Shown here one piece after another: positions 10,081 through 20,321 of a stretch of 64,000 bases of DNA (within the stretch, counting starts at the first letter, position 1; each line of letters begins with the position of its first letter). The position numbers and the translations under genes are program-made. The notes beneath the pieces were generated by a model. The model ran no database searches and was not told where the DNA came from. It saw nothing but the letters and a program-made list of their open reading frames with translations. This DNA comes from an uncultured Bacteroidales bacterium (GTDB lineage Bacteria; Bacteroidota; Bacteroidia; Bacteroidales; JAADJA01): assembly GCA_963840975.1 (NCBI GenBank), contig CAWJBC010000002.1, positions 580,253-644,252 on the forward strand, given 5' to 3'.

Positions 10081-11085
10081 ATGGCACACGGAAGATTTGA
10101 CAACCCTGTAATCGCTTCTTTGGCAGGCGTTAAGGATTTCTTTTCAAAACAAAAGCTGGAAGACCAATTAAAAGATACCGACAGGGCTGATGGTAAAACG
10201 TGTATTATTACCGGAGCCAATTCAGGTTTGGGATATGCGCTTGCCGTTGAAATGGCAAAACGAGGAGCGTATGTTATTATGGCGTGCCGCAGCCAAATAC
10301 CCGAAGCCGGTGAAAAAGTAAAAGCTGCCAGCGGTTCTCATTTGGTTGAAATGATACATTTGGATCTTTCAAAAATTGATAGTATTCACCAATTTGTTGA
10401 AATACTTGGCCAAAGGCAAATTCACCCTGACATAACCATTTTGAATGCAGGTGTTGCTTTGCCTAAAGCGAGAGTAACTCCATCGGGTCAGGAGGAGATG
10501 TTTTTTGTAAACTATTTTTCAAATTTCATTTTGCTAAACCTGATGATTTCAAATGGAATAATCATTCAGGGTAACACCAACAGACTGCTATCAAAGTTGA
10601 TCTTTATTTCTTCCGATTCGCACCAAGGATCTTCAAATATTGATTATGAGCTTTTCGGTAAGTATGAAAATTATGGTGTATCTAAAGGAATTTCGTATTA
10701 CAGTTACTATAAGCTGGTATTAAACACGCTGGCAATTGAGTACTCTCGAAGACTCAATAAAAAGGAAATAAAAATCGCTGTGAATATAATTTGTCCGGGG
10801 CCCGTCCATTCCAATATCATTCGCGAAGCTCCCTGGTTGCTTCGAAAAATACTTGGAACTATTTTCAGCCTGGTTTTCAGATCGCCGGAAGTGGCAGCAA
10901 AATCCGTTATATACATGTCATTGTCTCCTGATTATGAAGGAAAAACAGGGGAATATTTACACATGTTTAACCCTAAAAAAATGGATCCGAAAGTCTATCT
11001 TCCTGAAGAAGGTGCGAAATTGTGGGACTTTTCACAACGCCTTTGGAAAGAATTGGACGACAAAGCAATTGAAGTGAAATTTTAA
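10081..11085 (+). CDS. Short-chain dehydrogenase/reductase family oxidoreductase
   Basis: 'CIITGANSGLGYALA' TGxxxGxG motif, 'NAG' and a catalytic 'YxxxK'-type 'YYSYYK' region. Confidence 0.8.
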   Translation: MAHGRFDNPVIASLAGVKDFFSKQKLEDQLKDTDRADGKTCIITGANSGLGYALAVEMAKRGAYVIMACRSQIPEAGEKVKAASGSHLVEMIHLDLSKIDSIHQFVEILGQRQIHPDITILNAGVALPKARVTPSGQEEMFFVNYFSNFILLNLMISNGIIIQGNTNRLLSKLIFISSDSHQGSSNIDYELFGKYENYGVSKGISYYSYYKLVLNTLAIEYSRRLNKKEIKIAVNIICPGPVHSNIIREAPWLLRKILGTIFSLVFRSPEVAAKSVIYMSLSPDYEGKTGEYLHMFNPKKMDPKVYLPEEGAKLWDFSQRLWKELDDKAIEVKF

Positions 11086-11101
11086 TTGAATTTTTCAAAA
11101 C

Positions 11102-11977
11102 ATGAAGCGCCTCAATAAATCAATTTCCCTTACGATCATATTTGTAATTTATGCAATTGCTATTTTTATAAGCTATCTTTTACTTCGTCTGGCTCCTTAT
11201 GAGAACGGTGTAATAAACATAATCATAGCCGATGTTTCTGCAACTCTGATCGTATTTCTTTTTAGCTTTATTTTAAAAAATTCGAGCGTTTACGATCCTT
11301 ATTGGAGCGCTATACCTCCTTTTATAGTAATCTGGTTGATTTTTATTAATCCGGACGGAAACAGCTTTCGACAGTTTTTAATTTTTGGACTTGTACTTTT
11401 TTGGGCAATCAGGCTAACAGCTAACTGGGCAAAGGGATGGAACGGTTTAAGCCATGAAGACTGGCGGTATCAAAAAATTGCAGCTGATACTGGTAAAATG
11501 TACTGGCCTGTTAGCTTTGTGGGAATTCACCTCATGCCTACTCTATTTGTTTTTGCCGGCTGCCTGCCTTTATGGTATACAATAAATAGTTCTGAACCGA
11601 CCAATTTAATTGATTTGATTGCATCAGTCATAATCGTGGGAGCTATTTTAATCGAATGGATCTCCGATGAACAACTTCGAAAATTTAAAATGAAGTCGCA
11701 AAATAGTGACAATATGAACAAAGGTTTTTGGTCATTGATGAGGCATCCGAATTATTTTGGAGAAATACTTTTCTGGACCGGTTTGTTTTTGTTTATTCCG
11801 GCTACAAAAAGCAGTGAGGGCTTGTGGACAGCAATAGGATTTATATCAATGATTCTATTATTTAATTTTATTAGTATTCCTTTAATGGATAAGAGAAATA
11901 TTGCCAAAAGGCCGGGTTACCAGAAATACATCAAAGAAGTTAACGCTCTTTTGCCAATCAAAAAATTGAAGAAATAA
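11102..11977 (+). CDS. DUF1295 / steroid 5-alpha-reductase-like membrane protein
   Basis: Multi-TM protein with the 'RHPNYFGE' motif characteristic of the DUF1295/ICMT-like superfamily. Confidence 0.7.
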   Translation: MKRLNKSISLTIIFVIYAIAIFISYLLLRLAPYENGVINIIIADVSATLIVFLFSFILKNSSVYDPYWSAIPPFIVIWLIFINPDGNSFRQFLIFGLVLFWAIRLTANWAKGWNGLSHEDWRYQKIAADTGKMYWPVSFVGIHLMPTLFVFAGCLPLWYTINSSEPTNLIDLIASVIIVGAILIEWISDEQLRKFKMKSQNSDNMNKGFWSLMRHPNYFGEILFWTGLFLFIPATKSSEGLWTAIGFISMILLFNFISIPLMDKRNIAKRPGYQKYIKEVNALLPIKKLKK

Positions 11978-11994
11978 GAAGCTGAAATTGTAAA

Positions 11995-13377
11995 TTAGCT
12001 TTTGCCCTCACGCTCCAGCCACAATTCCCTGAATGATTTTTCAGCAAACTTAGGCAACTCTCTTCTTGGACCCCAGGCTTTTTTAAACACCATTCTTACA
12101 CCGATGTTTTTCATTCCTGATTTGAACTTGTCCAATCGGTTTCGTTTAGAAAGAAATGATCGCATCATATTCATCGAAAAATTCTCTTTTTTCCTGGATA
12201 AACCTTTAACTACGTATTCATTACGATTGTAAAGAAGCATTTCGTGCAGGGGTATTTTTACCGGGCAAACATCAGTGCACTTTCCACAAAGTGAGGAAGC
12301 AAAACTGAGATGAGCGAACTCCTCCATTCCCCTTAAATGTGGTGTAATGACCGAACCGATTGGGCCGCTATAAGTTGTATTATAAGTATGACCGCCAATC
12401 GTTTTATAAACAGGACAGGCATTCAGGCATGCGCCACACCGGATACAAGCTAAAGCAATACGTTGCTTTTCGTGCTGAAGAATTTCGGTGCGGTTATTTT
12501 CGAGCAGAATAAGAAACATTTTTTCAGGTCCATCAGTTTCGCCTTCTTGTTTTGGTCCTGAAATTATTGAATTATAAACGGTGATGTTTTGTCCTGTTCC
12601 GTGAGAAGCAAGCAATGGCCAAAACAAATTCAGATCGGTAAGCGAGGGTATGATTTTCTCAATACCTGCCACAGCAATATGAATTTTCGAAAATGAAACC
12701 GACATCAGCCCATTGCCTTCATTTTCAGTGAGACAAACAGCTCCAGCGTCAGCTATCAAAAAATTACATCCGGTTATTCCCACATCTGCCTGGATGAATT
12801 TATTACGAAGTTTATTTCTGACAAATGCCGTCAGTTCCTCCGGTGTGCTTTCGGCTGGCGTATTAAATTTATCATTGAAAAGCTGCGCTACATCCTCTTT
12901 GGATTTGTGCATTGCGGGTGTAACAATATGATACGGTTTTTCACCGGCAATCTGAACGATATACTCTCCCAAATCAGTTTCGATGTTCTCAATTTCATTT
13001 TTCTCCAAAGCCTCATTCAATTCAATTTCCTCAGTGGTCATTGACTTTGATTTTACCACCAGTTTCACCTGATTTTTATTTAATATATTCAGGATTTCTT
13101 TTACAGCCTCCTCTTTATCCTGCGCCCAAATGATCTTTCCACCTCTCTTTTCAAAATTTGCTACAAATTCAATCAGGTATTTTTCAAGATTATTTACTAC
13201 CTTGTGCTTGATCACATAAGCCCTGTTCCGAGCTAATTCAATATCGCGGTATTGCTTTTTACCATTGATAACCGCTGCATCGTATTTCGAAATGTTATAA
13301 TTGATCTTGTTTCTGTGCTCAAGATCAAACCCCTTTTGTTCGGAGTCCTTTAAAAACTTGGTGTAAATTTCGTGCAT
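11995..13377 (-). CDS. lutB: Lactate utilization protein B-type iron-sulfur protein (LUD domain + 2x 4Fe-4S motifs)
   Basis: 'CIRCGACLNACPVY' and 'CGKCTDVCPVKIP' ferredoxin motifs. The N-terminal and central region is LUD-like. Confidence 0.8.
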   Translation of the reverse strand: MHEIYTKFLKDSEQKGFDLEHRNKINYNISKYDAAVINGKKQYRDIELARNRAYVIKHKVVNNLEKYLIEFVANFEKRGGKIIWAQDKEEAVKEILNILNKNQVKLVVKSKSMTTEEIELNEALEKNEIENIETDLGEYIVQIAGEKPYHIVTPAMHKSKEDVAQLFNDKFNTPAESTPEELTAFVRNKLRNKFIQADVGITGCNFLIADAGAVCLTENEGNGLMSVSFSKIHIAVAGIEKIIPSLTDLNLFWPLLASHGTGQNITVYNSIISGPKQEGETDGPEKMFLILLENNRTEILQHEKQRIALACIRCGACLNACPVYKTIGGHTYNTTYSGPIGSVITPHLRGMEEFAHLSFASSLCGKCTDVCPVKIPLHEMLLYNRNEYVVKGLSRKKENFSMNMMRSFLSKRNRLDKFKSGMKNIGVRMVFKKAWGPRRELPKFAEKSFRELWLEREGKS

Positions 13378-13396
13378 GAAATACGATTGATTCTTA

Positions 13397-13864
13397 CTAT
13401 TTAATTGAAATTTTATTGATCCTGTTCACGTGTCGTCCACCTTCAAAACCCGTATTTAAAAAAACTTCTACCATGACAACAACCGTTTTAAAATCAACAA
13501 ATCTTCCGGGAAGCGAAATAATATTTGCATCATTATGTAAGCGGGTAAGCTTTGCCTGTTCCATATCCCAGCAAAGTGCAGCGCGCACATTGGGATATTT
13601 ATTTGCAGTCATTGCAGCTCCCTGTCCACTTCCGCAAATGATAATTCCAAATTTATTTTCACCTTCGTTGATCAGCTTTGCCACAGGATGAATAAAATCA
13701 GGATAATCCACACTATCTTTTGAAAAAGTTCCAAAATCCTTAAATTTATATCCGGATGCCGTCATTTCAGCAATTAAATAGTCTTTTAATTCTACTCCGC
13801 CATGGTCCGCTCCGACAGGTATTACCTGGTTTTTATCAAACATGTTAAAAAATATTTTATTCAA
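13397..13864 (-). CDS. rpiB: Ribose-5-phosphate isomerase B
   Basis: 'GADHGGVELK', 'IICGSGQGAAMTANK' and 'NDANIISLPGR' are RpiB/LacAB hallmarks. Confidence 0.9.
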   Translation of the reverse strand: MNKIFFNMFDKNQVIPVGADHGGVELKDYLIAEMTASGYKFKDFGTFSKDSVDYPDFIHPVAKLINEGENKFGIIICGSGQGAAMTANKYPNVRAALCWDMEQAKLTRLHNDANIISLPGRFVDFKTVVVMVEVFLNTGFEGGRHVNRINKISIK

Positions 13865-14333
13865 ATTTAATTGTTAAAAGCACATTTGATTATTAACTAA
13901 CACTTTAATAAAAATACGAATTAACAATTTATTCATACTTGCTTAATAATCAAAATCTTATTTTTTCAACTGCAAATTGTTTATATCTGTGTAATTTTGT
14001 TACTTACTTTTGAAATATTCAGGAGTGATAAAAACTTTATTATGAGTGTAAAATTATCTTCAGGGTTATTAGTTGTTGTTACCAGTTTCTGACTTGAAAT
14101 AAACAAAACCGGTAGCCAATCTGAACATCATTTTATAAACTTTATAAGATATACACCTTTTGTTAAAAAACATTTAAAAGACTTAACAGAAATACTATTA
14201 CCTGTTGATGAAGTGTTAATAACAAGTTAAAAATGATAAAGTCAACAATCTTTGGTTTTTCTTTTTAACACAATGAACAGGCTTTATTATTAATATAAAT
14301 ATTATTTAAAAATCTATTTAATATAACTCATTC

Positions 14334-15308
14334 ATGGCTTCAAAGCGAACTAACCCGAAATATTCAAACGCGGAACTAACGGAAAGAATACTACTTTTGA
14401 AAAAACAAAAAAATGCAGTTTTATTAGCACATTATTATCAGGTTCCGGAAATTCAGGATATTGCGGATTATGTCGGTGACAGCCTGGGATTATCTCAGCA
14501 GGCTGCTGAAACAAATGCGAATCTGATAGTTTTTGCAGGAGTTCACTTTATGGCTGAAACTGCAAAAATTTTAAACCCGGGAATAAAAGTTATATTACCT
14601 GATCTCGAAGCTGGTTGTTCTCTTGCTGATTCATGTCCCAAAGACCGTTTTGAGGATTTTAAATCAAAATATCCTGATCATGTCGTCATTTCTTACATCA
14701 ATTGTTCGGCTGATATAAAAACTTTGTCGGATGTGATTTGTACATCAGGAAATGCAGTTCAGATTGTTGAATCATTTCCAAAGAACCAAAAAATAATTTT
14801 TGCACCTGATAAAAATCTTGGCGGATATATTAACAAAGTGACAGGAAGAAATATGGTTTTATGGGACGGTACCTGCGAGGTTCATGATATTTTATCAACA
14901 GAAGCGATAATTAAACTGAAAATCGAAAACCCTGATGCCCAATTGATCGCTCACCCTGAATGCAAAGCAGTTGTGCTTGAAATGGCTGATTTTGTCGGAT
15001 CAACGACTGCTATGCTGAATTTTACGAAAACAAGCAATGCTCAAAAATTCATAGTGGCTTCAGAAACAGGAATTTTACATCAGATGAAAAAGAATTCACC
15101 TGAAAAGGAATTCATGGTAGTTCCAACTGACGAAACCTGCTCATGCAACGATTGTCCGTACATGAAAATGAATACACTGGAAAAACTATATTTGTGCCTT
15201 AAAAATGAACAGCCTGAAATTGAACTTTCAAAAGAAGTGATTGAAAAGGCTGTAAAACCCATTAGAAAAATGCTCGATATTTCAAAACAAATGAAATTGA
15301 TCAGGTAA
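14334..15308 (+). CDS. nadA: Quinolinate synthase
   Basis: 'LLAHYYQ..EIQDIADYVGDSL', 'FAGVHFMAETAKIL' and a conserved Cys pattern. The length is typical of NadA. Confidence 0.9.
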   Translation: MASKRTNPKYSNAELTERILLLKKQKNAVLLAHYYQVPEIQDIADYVGDSLGLSQQAAETNANLIVFAGVHFMAETAKILNPGIKVILPDLEAGCSLADSCPKDRFEDFKSKYPDHVVISYINCSADIKTLSDVICTSGNAVQIVESFPKNQKIIFAPDKNLGGYINKVTGRNMVLWDGTCEVHDILSTEAIIKLKIENPDAQLIAHPECKAVVLEMADFVGSTTAMLNFTKTSNAQKFIVASETGILHQMKKNSPEKEFMVVPTDETCSCNDCPYMKMNTLEKLYLCLKNEQPEIELSKEVIEKAVKPIRKMLDISKQMKLIR

Positions 15309-16858
15309 TGAAAAAGGCTTATCTCATACTTTTATTAATTGGTTTTGTTGGTGCAATTTATTCCCAGGAAAAAATAAAACCTGATGGATACAACAGGTTT
15401 TATTACGAAAATGGTAAACTTTCGAGTGAAGGCATTATGCGCGATGGAAAACCTGATGGATATTGGAAAACATACGGTGAAAACGGATTTATTAAATCGG
15501 AAGGCAACCGTGTTGATTTTAAGTTAGACAGCATCTGGACTTTTTATAGTGATTCAGGTCAGGTAATTCTAAAAATCACTTATCTGGATGGAAAAAAGAA
15601 TGGCATTCGTACAACTTACCAGGAAACTGAAGTAACAGAAGAAAACTTTATAAATGACATAAAACAAGGTCTAACTGTTACCTATTATCCTAATGGAAAA
15701 CGCTGGAAAGAAGTCAATTTTATTGATGGTCTTGAAGAGGGAACCGGTAAAGAATTTGCAAAGGACGATGGCAGGGTTATAAAATTGACCACTTATAAAA
15801 AAGGTTTTATTACGGATATCGAAAATATCAACCGGATTGATAAAGCCGGGATGAAACAGGGAAAATGGATTGGGTATTATGAGGAAGGTAATATTAAATG
15901 GGAAGGTGAATTCAAAAACGATTTGAAAAACGGTTATTTCAAAGAATATTCGAAAGAAGGCAACCTGCTCATTACTCAAAAATATATAGATGGCATTTTG
16001 CAGGAAGAGGTGGAAGAACTTGCCAAACTTGATATAAAAACAGAATATTATCCAAACGGCAAACCCAAAATCGTAGCCAGTTATAAAAACAATGTTCCCG
16101 AAGGAGTGAGAAGGGAATACTCACCTGATGGTGAAATTGTAGCCGGTTATATTTTTAAATCGGGTATCATATTGGGCGAAGGAATTGTGGATGAAGCGGG
16201 TATAAAAGACGGACCATGGAAAGAATTTTATCCCAATGGAGCAGTTAAAAACATTGGAATTTATGACAAAGGAAAGCGCGTAGGGGAATGGAAGTTTTAT
16301 CATCCCAATGATCAGTTGGAGCAGATTGGTTCGTACAACAAAGATGGAAAGGAAGACGGAATCTGGACATGGTATTATGCCACCGGTGCTTTATTGCGTG
16401 AAGAAAGTTATTTTAATGGTAAAATTGATGGTCACAGTGTGGAGTATGATGAAGACGGTATTATCATCTCCGAAGGTGATTATATTGAAGATTACCGCGA
16501 AGGAAAATGGAAGTTTAATTATGGCGATCAGCTTTCGGAAGAAGAATACCTGAATGACTATTTGAATGGAAAAGTAAAAAATTATTACAAAGATGGGGTA
16601 TTGAGCTTTGAAGGAAATTTTATCGAAGACAACCCAAACGGACGCCATGTTTGGTATTACCCGAATGGAAATAAAAAAACTGAAGGTGATTATGTCATGG
16701 GTTTGAAAAATGGTGAATGGATCAAATACAACTCAGATGGTACACCTTTTATCAGTATTTTTTACGAAAACGGAGTGGAGAAAAAATACGACGGAATCAG
16801 GATTAGAATTTATGATGAAGACGAAACAGGATCCACCCAAAATAACGATGGGCTTTAA
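15308..16858 (+). CDS. MORN-variant (YwqK-like) repeat protein, secreted
   Basis: A signal peptide is followed by many 'YYENGK..SEG....GK.DG.WK.Y' repeats. Confidence 0.75.
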   Translation: MKKAYLILLLIGFVGAIYSQEKIKPDGYNRFYYENGKLSSEGIMRDGKPDGYWKTYGENGFIKSEGNRVDFKLDSIWTFYSDSGQVILKITYLDGKKNGIRTTYQETEVTEENFINDIKQGLTVTYYPNGKRWKEVNFIDGLEEGTGKEFAKDDGRVIKLTTYKKGFITDIENINRIDKAGMKQGKWIGYYEEGNIKWEGEFKNDLKNGYFKEYSKEGNLLITQKYIDGILQEEVEELAKLDIKTEYYPNGKPKIVASYKNNVPEGVRREYSPDGEIVAGYIFKSGIILGEGIVDEAGIKDGPWKEFYPNGAVKNIGIYDKGKRVGEWKFYHPNDQLEQIGSYNKDGKEDGIWTWYYATGALLREESYFNGKIDGHSVEYDEDGIIISEGDYIEDYREGKWKFNYGDQLSEEEYLNDYLNGKVKNYYKDGVLSFEGNFIEDNPNGRHVWYYPNGNKKTEGDYVMGLKNGEWIKYNSDGTPFISIFYENGVEKKYDGIRIRIYDEDETGSTQNNDGL

Positions 16859-16861
16859 CAA

Positions 16862-17473
16862 TTAATTTATTTTAACCGGAACCACCTGAATAATTGGACT
16901 TACCATATATATCCGGTTGTTATCAATTCGCCGGCATTTGAACCTTTTTTGCATTTTTTCCAGCTTTTCAAAAACAATACCGTTGTAAATCCTGAAATGG
17001 TCATGGAAAGGAATGTCTTCAAGGGTAAGATAATCGCTGATTTTATCATATTCCCTTAATTTCTTTACAAGGCGGGTATTCATTGATGATGAGTTTGGAT
17101 TTTTGAGGTATTGTACCAAAATCGGCTTGAGGTCTTCCGGAAAAATATCTTCCCTGAAAAACGGCTCCATTAATTCACGAAAGGATTTCTTCCATTCTGT
17201 TCCATGTGGTTTTACATTGCGCTGATATTGTTCCCAGTTTTTCAGGTGAGCGAATTCATGCACAAATGTGATAAGGAAGTTAAACCTGTTAAGGTCATGG
17301 TTAACCGAAATCCTGTGAAATTTTCTAAGCATCGGCGGACGGTAATCCCCCAGCTTGCTTGAACGGCTTTTTGTTATTCTAAGCTGTACATTTGAATTTT
17401 CAATCCATTTTAAAGCGATGGAAACAGCTTTTTCAGGCATATAATCAGCCAGAACTTCTCTATATGTTTTCAT
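16862..17473 (-). CDS. SprT-like zinc metallopeptidase-domain protein
   Basis: 'THEFAHL' HExxH motif in a SprT-like context. Confidence 0.65.
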   Translation of the reverse strand: MKTYREVLADYMPEKAVSIALKWIENSNVQLRITKSRSSKLGDYRPPMLRKFHRISVNHDLNRFNFLITFVHEFAHLKNWEQYQRNVKPHGTEWKKSFRELMEPFFREDIFPEDLKPILVQYLKNPNSSSMNTRLVKKLREYDKISDYLTLEDIPFHDHFRIYNGIVFEKLEKMQKRFKCRRIDNNRIYMVSPIIQVVPVKIN

Positions 17474-17633
17474 TCACTTGTTGTGGAAGGGATGGCTTGG
17501 ATTTTTCCATGCTAAACTCAGGACAATCCAGGCATTTTTTTTTCATTTTTTTGGAAGAGGAGCAGGATGCAAGCATGAAGGATGCTATTAAAATGATTCC
17601 TGACCAGGTTAAAACTTTTTCTTTCAAATTCAT
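17460..17633 (-). CDS. Possible small lipoprotein
   Basis: Internal Met 'MNLKEKVLTWSGIILIASFMLASC' has a signal peptide plus lipobox Cys. Short ORF with no other support. Confidence 0.3.
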   Translation of the reverse strand: MNLKEKVLTWSGIILIASFMLASCSSSKKMKKKCLDCPEFSMEKSKPSLPQQVNENI

Positions 17634-17721
17634 TTTTTTATTTTTTATAACGCCCAAAAATATTAAAATTGCCCGAAATAATATTTTATCATTAATTTAG
17701 CGAAACCATAAAAGTACATTC

Positions 17722-18456
17722 ATGATAAGTAGGTTTGGCAGTTATTTACTACTGATGTTGAAGGTTTTTCGCAAACCGGATAACTGGGCGGTTTACAAAA
17801 AACAACTGATTACCGAAATATACAGTCTTGGTATCGAATCTCTTGGTATTACAGTTATTATTTCTGTGTTTATGGGCGCTGTGGTTGCTATTCAAACCGC
17901 TTACAATATTGACAGTCCGCTTATCCCGATGAAATTAATCGGATTTACCGTCAGGCAGTCGGTCATACTCGAATTTTCACCCACCATCATCAGCCTGATA
18001 CTTGCAGGCAAAGTAGGATCACGTATAGCTTCAGAAATTGGCACCATGCGCGTAACCGAGCAGATTGATGCACTCGATATCATGGGAGTCAATGCTCCTA
18101 ATTTTCTGATTTTTCCAAAGGTTACCGCTTCTGTCATCATCAACCCCATTTTAATTATTCTTAGCATGGGATGCGCCATTGTTGGCGGATACCTTGTAGC
18201 GACTTCCACGAATTTGTTTACCAGCCAGGATTATTTGGAAGGGATTCGCTTTACTTTCGATGGTTTCACCATCATTTATGCCCTGATAAAAACAGTTGTA
18301 TTTGCATTTATTATTACCACCATCTCAGGTTTTGAAGGATACATGGTAAGAGGCGGCGCCATTGATGTAGGATCTTCCAGCACCAGGGCTGTTGTCTGGA
18401 GCAGCATTATGATCATTTTGTTCAACCTGATTTTAACCCAGCTCTTGTTGTCATGA
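17722..18456 (+). CDS. mlaE: MlaE-type ABC transporter permease
   Basis: Multi-TM protein of MlaE length. 'GAVVAIQTA' and 'EIGTMRVTEQIDAL' are highly typical of MlaE. The stop overlaps the ATPase start. Confidence 0.85.
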   Translation: MISRFGSYLLLMLKVFRKPDNWAVYKKQLITEIYSLGIESLGITVIISVFMGAVVAIQTAYNIDSPLIPMKLIGFTVRQSVILEFSPTIISLILAGKVGSRIASEIGTMRVTEQIDALDIMGVNAPNFLIFPKVTASVIINPILIILSMGCAIVGGYLVATSTNLFTSQDYLEGIRFTFDGFTIIYALIKTVVFAFIITTISGFEGYMVRGGAIDVGSSSTRAVVWSSIMIILFNLILTQLLLS

Positions 18457-19199
18457 TTGAGGCGAAAAACATATCAAAATCTTTTGGCGACCACCAGGTA
18501 TTAAAGGATATTAATGTAAAGTTTGAGAAAGGGAAAACCAATCTCATCATTGGTCAGAGCGGTTCAGGAAAGACTGTACTGATGAAGTGCCTGATTGGAT
18601 TATATGAGGCGGATGAAGGTAGTGTTTTATTCGATGAAAGGGATTTTTCGCACATGACGTTTAATGAAAGAAAAAGCATCAGGAATGAATTGGGTATGCT
18701 GTTTCAGGGTGGCGCCCTGTTTGATTCGATGACGGTGGAGGACAACGTTATGTTTCCGCTAACTATGTTCACCAATCAATCAAAAGAGGAAAAGAAAGAA
18801 CGGGTAAACTTTTGCCTCGAATGGGTAAACCTCGAAGATGCAAATAAGCTTTATCCTTCCGAATTAAGCGGAGGGATGATCAAGCGTGTCGCCATCGCAC
18901 GTGCCATATCAATGAATCCCAAATATTTGTTTTGCGATGAGCCCAATTCCGGTCTCGATCCGCAGACTGCCGGCGTGATTGACGACCTTATTCAGCGCCT
19001 CACACAGGAATTCAATATTACCACTGTGGTAAACACCCACGACATGAATTCAGTTATTAAAATCGGCGATACCATTTCTTTTATTTACAAAGGAGAGCTT
19101 TGGTGGGAGGGAAATAAAACAGAGGTTCTTTCAACGGAGAACAAAGAATTGAATGATTTTGTGTTTGCTACTGAATTGACAAAACGGCTAAAGAAATAG
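18453..19199 (+). CDS. mlaF: MlaF-type ABC transporter ATP-binding protein
   Basis: Walker A 'GQSGSGKT', signature 'LSGGM' and Walker B 'LFCDEP'. Confidence 0.85.
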   Translation: MIEAKNISKSFGDHQVLKDINVKFEKGKTNLIIGQSGSGKTVLMKCLIGLYEADEGSVLFDERDFSHMTFNERKSIRNELGMLFQGGALFDSMTVEDNVMFPLTMFTNQSKEEKKERVNFCLEWVNLEDANKLYPSELSGGMIKRVAIARAISMNPKYLFCDEPNSGLDPQTAGVIDDLIQRLTQEFNITTVVNTHDMNSVIKIGDTISFIYKGELWWEGNKTEVLSTENKELNDFVFATELTKRLKK

Positions 19200-19225
19200 G
19201 CAGGGGTAAGGGCTGTGAGGCCTGT

Positions 19226-19241
19226 CTGGTCAAATGACCAG
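19226..19241 (+). terminator. Hairpin downstream of mlaF
   Basis: Perfect 7-bp stem ctggtca-aa-tgaccag. There is no clear T-tract. Confidence 0.35.
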
Positions 19242-19257
19242 GGTAATGTGCCGTTGA

Positions 19258-19726
19258 ATGAAAAATAGGTTTATGAGTATTAGAAGTTTTAGGGATTTAA
19301 TTGTATATCAAAATACTTACAAAGCCATGCTGCTGGTAATGAAAGAACTTTTGCCATTTCTGCCGGAATTGGAAAAGTACGATTTAAAAAGTCAGTTTTC
19401 AAGATCTTCAAAAGCAATTCCACGATTGATCGCTGAAGGATATTCAAAAACGACATCAGTATGCTGGTTTTCAGAAATACATTGATGATGCTATGGGTGA
19501 GTGTAATGAAACAGTTGTTAGTCTGGAACAGGTAAAGGACATTTATGGATCCAATCCAGTCTTATGCGACGAATTAATTGAAATCTATGATATATCAGGT
19601 AGGCAATTGTACAAATTAGGCGAATCCTGGCAGCAGTTTAAGAATAAGGAAAAAGAAAACCGAACCCGACATGACCCTAACCCATACCGGCTTCCTAACC
19701 TTAACCCTATGACCTTTCAGCTATGA
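19258..19726 (+). pseudogene. Four-helix-bundle protein (23S rRNA intervening-sequence protein / Avd-like family), frame broken once
   Basis: ORFs 19258-19485 and 19493-19726 join into one family-typical protein, '...AEGYSK RHQYAGFQKYIDDAMGECNE...', if one A is removed from the A5 run at 19446-19450. Confidence 0.7.
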
Positions 19727-20232
19727 ATTTTCTTGACATCATTTTTATCCTCATCATTGTATTATTCGCTTTTCAGGGTTTCAGAAAAGGCCTGATTTAT
19801 GAAATTGCTTCCCTTGCCGGGCTGATTCTCGGTATCTATGCCGCTTTCCATTTCGCTTCCTATATCGAGGTTTATCTGATCGAATATCTCAATATTTCTG
19901 AAAAATACTCCACTATTGCAGCTTTTATCATTGTTTTTATTGGAGTAGTCATATTGCTACATTTAGCCGGTAAGATCATCGAGAAAATTGTTGATTTGGT
20001 TGCTCTCGGAATACTAAATAAGCTTGCCGGGGCAGTCTTTGGTGTGCTTAAAGCAATTGTTCTGCTAAGCCTTGCCCTGCTCATCATCAATCATTTTGAC
20101 GGGGAATTGATTTCAAAAGAGAAGAAAACCGAATCCTTTCTTTATAAACCCATTGCTGCTATTGCACCCATTTTGTGGGAGGGATTTGAGAAATATGGGA
20201 GGGATAAAATACAGGATAATTTGTTGTATTAA
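19723..20232 (+). CDS. cvpA: CvpA-family membrane protein
   Basis: N-terminus 'MNFLDIIFILIIVLFAFQGFRKGLI' is typical of CvpA. Four TM helices. Confidence 0.8.
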   Translation: MNFLDIIFILIIVLFAFQGFRKGLIYEIASLAGLILGIYAAFHFASYIEVYLIEYLNISEKYSTIAAFIIVFIGVVILLHLAGKIIEKIVDLVALGILNKLAGAVFGVLKAIVLLSLALLIINHFDGELISKEKKTESFLYKPIAAIAPILWEGFEKYGRDKIQDNLLY

Positions 20233-20321
20233 GAAAAGATATTGCAGAATCGGTAAAAGCCTTTTTCTTAGGTGGTTCAGAAAGAACTTTTATAATTGAT
20301 GATATTTCTTAATTTAGTAAT

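Noticed and set aside
13865-14333. Riboswitch (for example NAD+/nadA motif) in the 470-nt spacer upstream of nadA
   Set aside because: The region is extremely AT-rich and I could see no conserved stem-loops or tandem-domain pattern. It is more likely divergent promoters for rpiB and nadA.
19203-19683. Inverted G-rich/C-rich flanks (ggggtaaggg ... ccctaaccc) as terminal repeats of a mobile four-helix-bundle cassette
   Set aside because: The match is only about 9 nt and imperfect, and the right copy lies inside the coding sequence. That is too weak to call.
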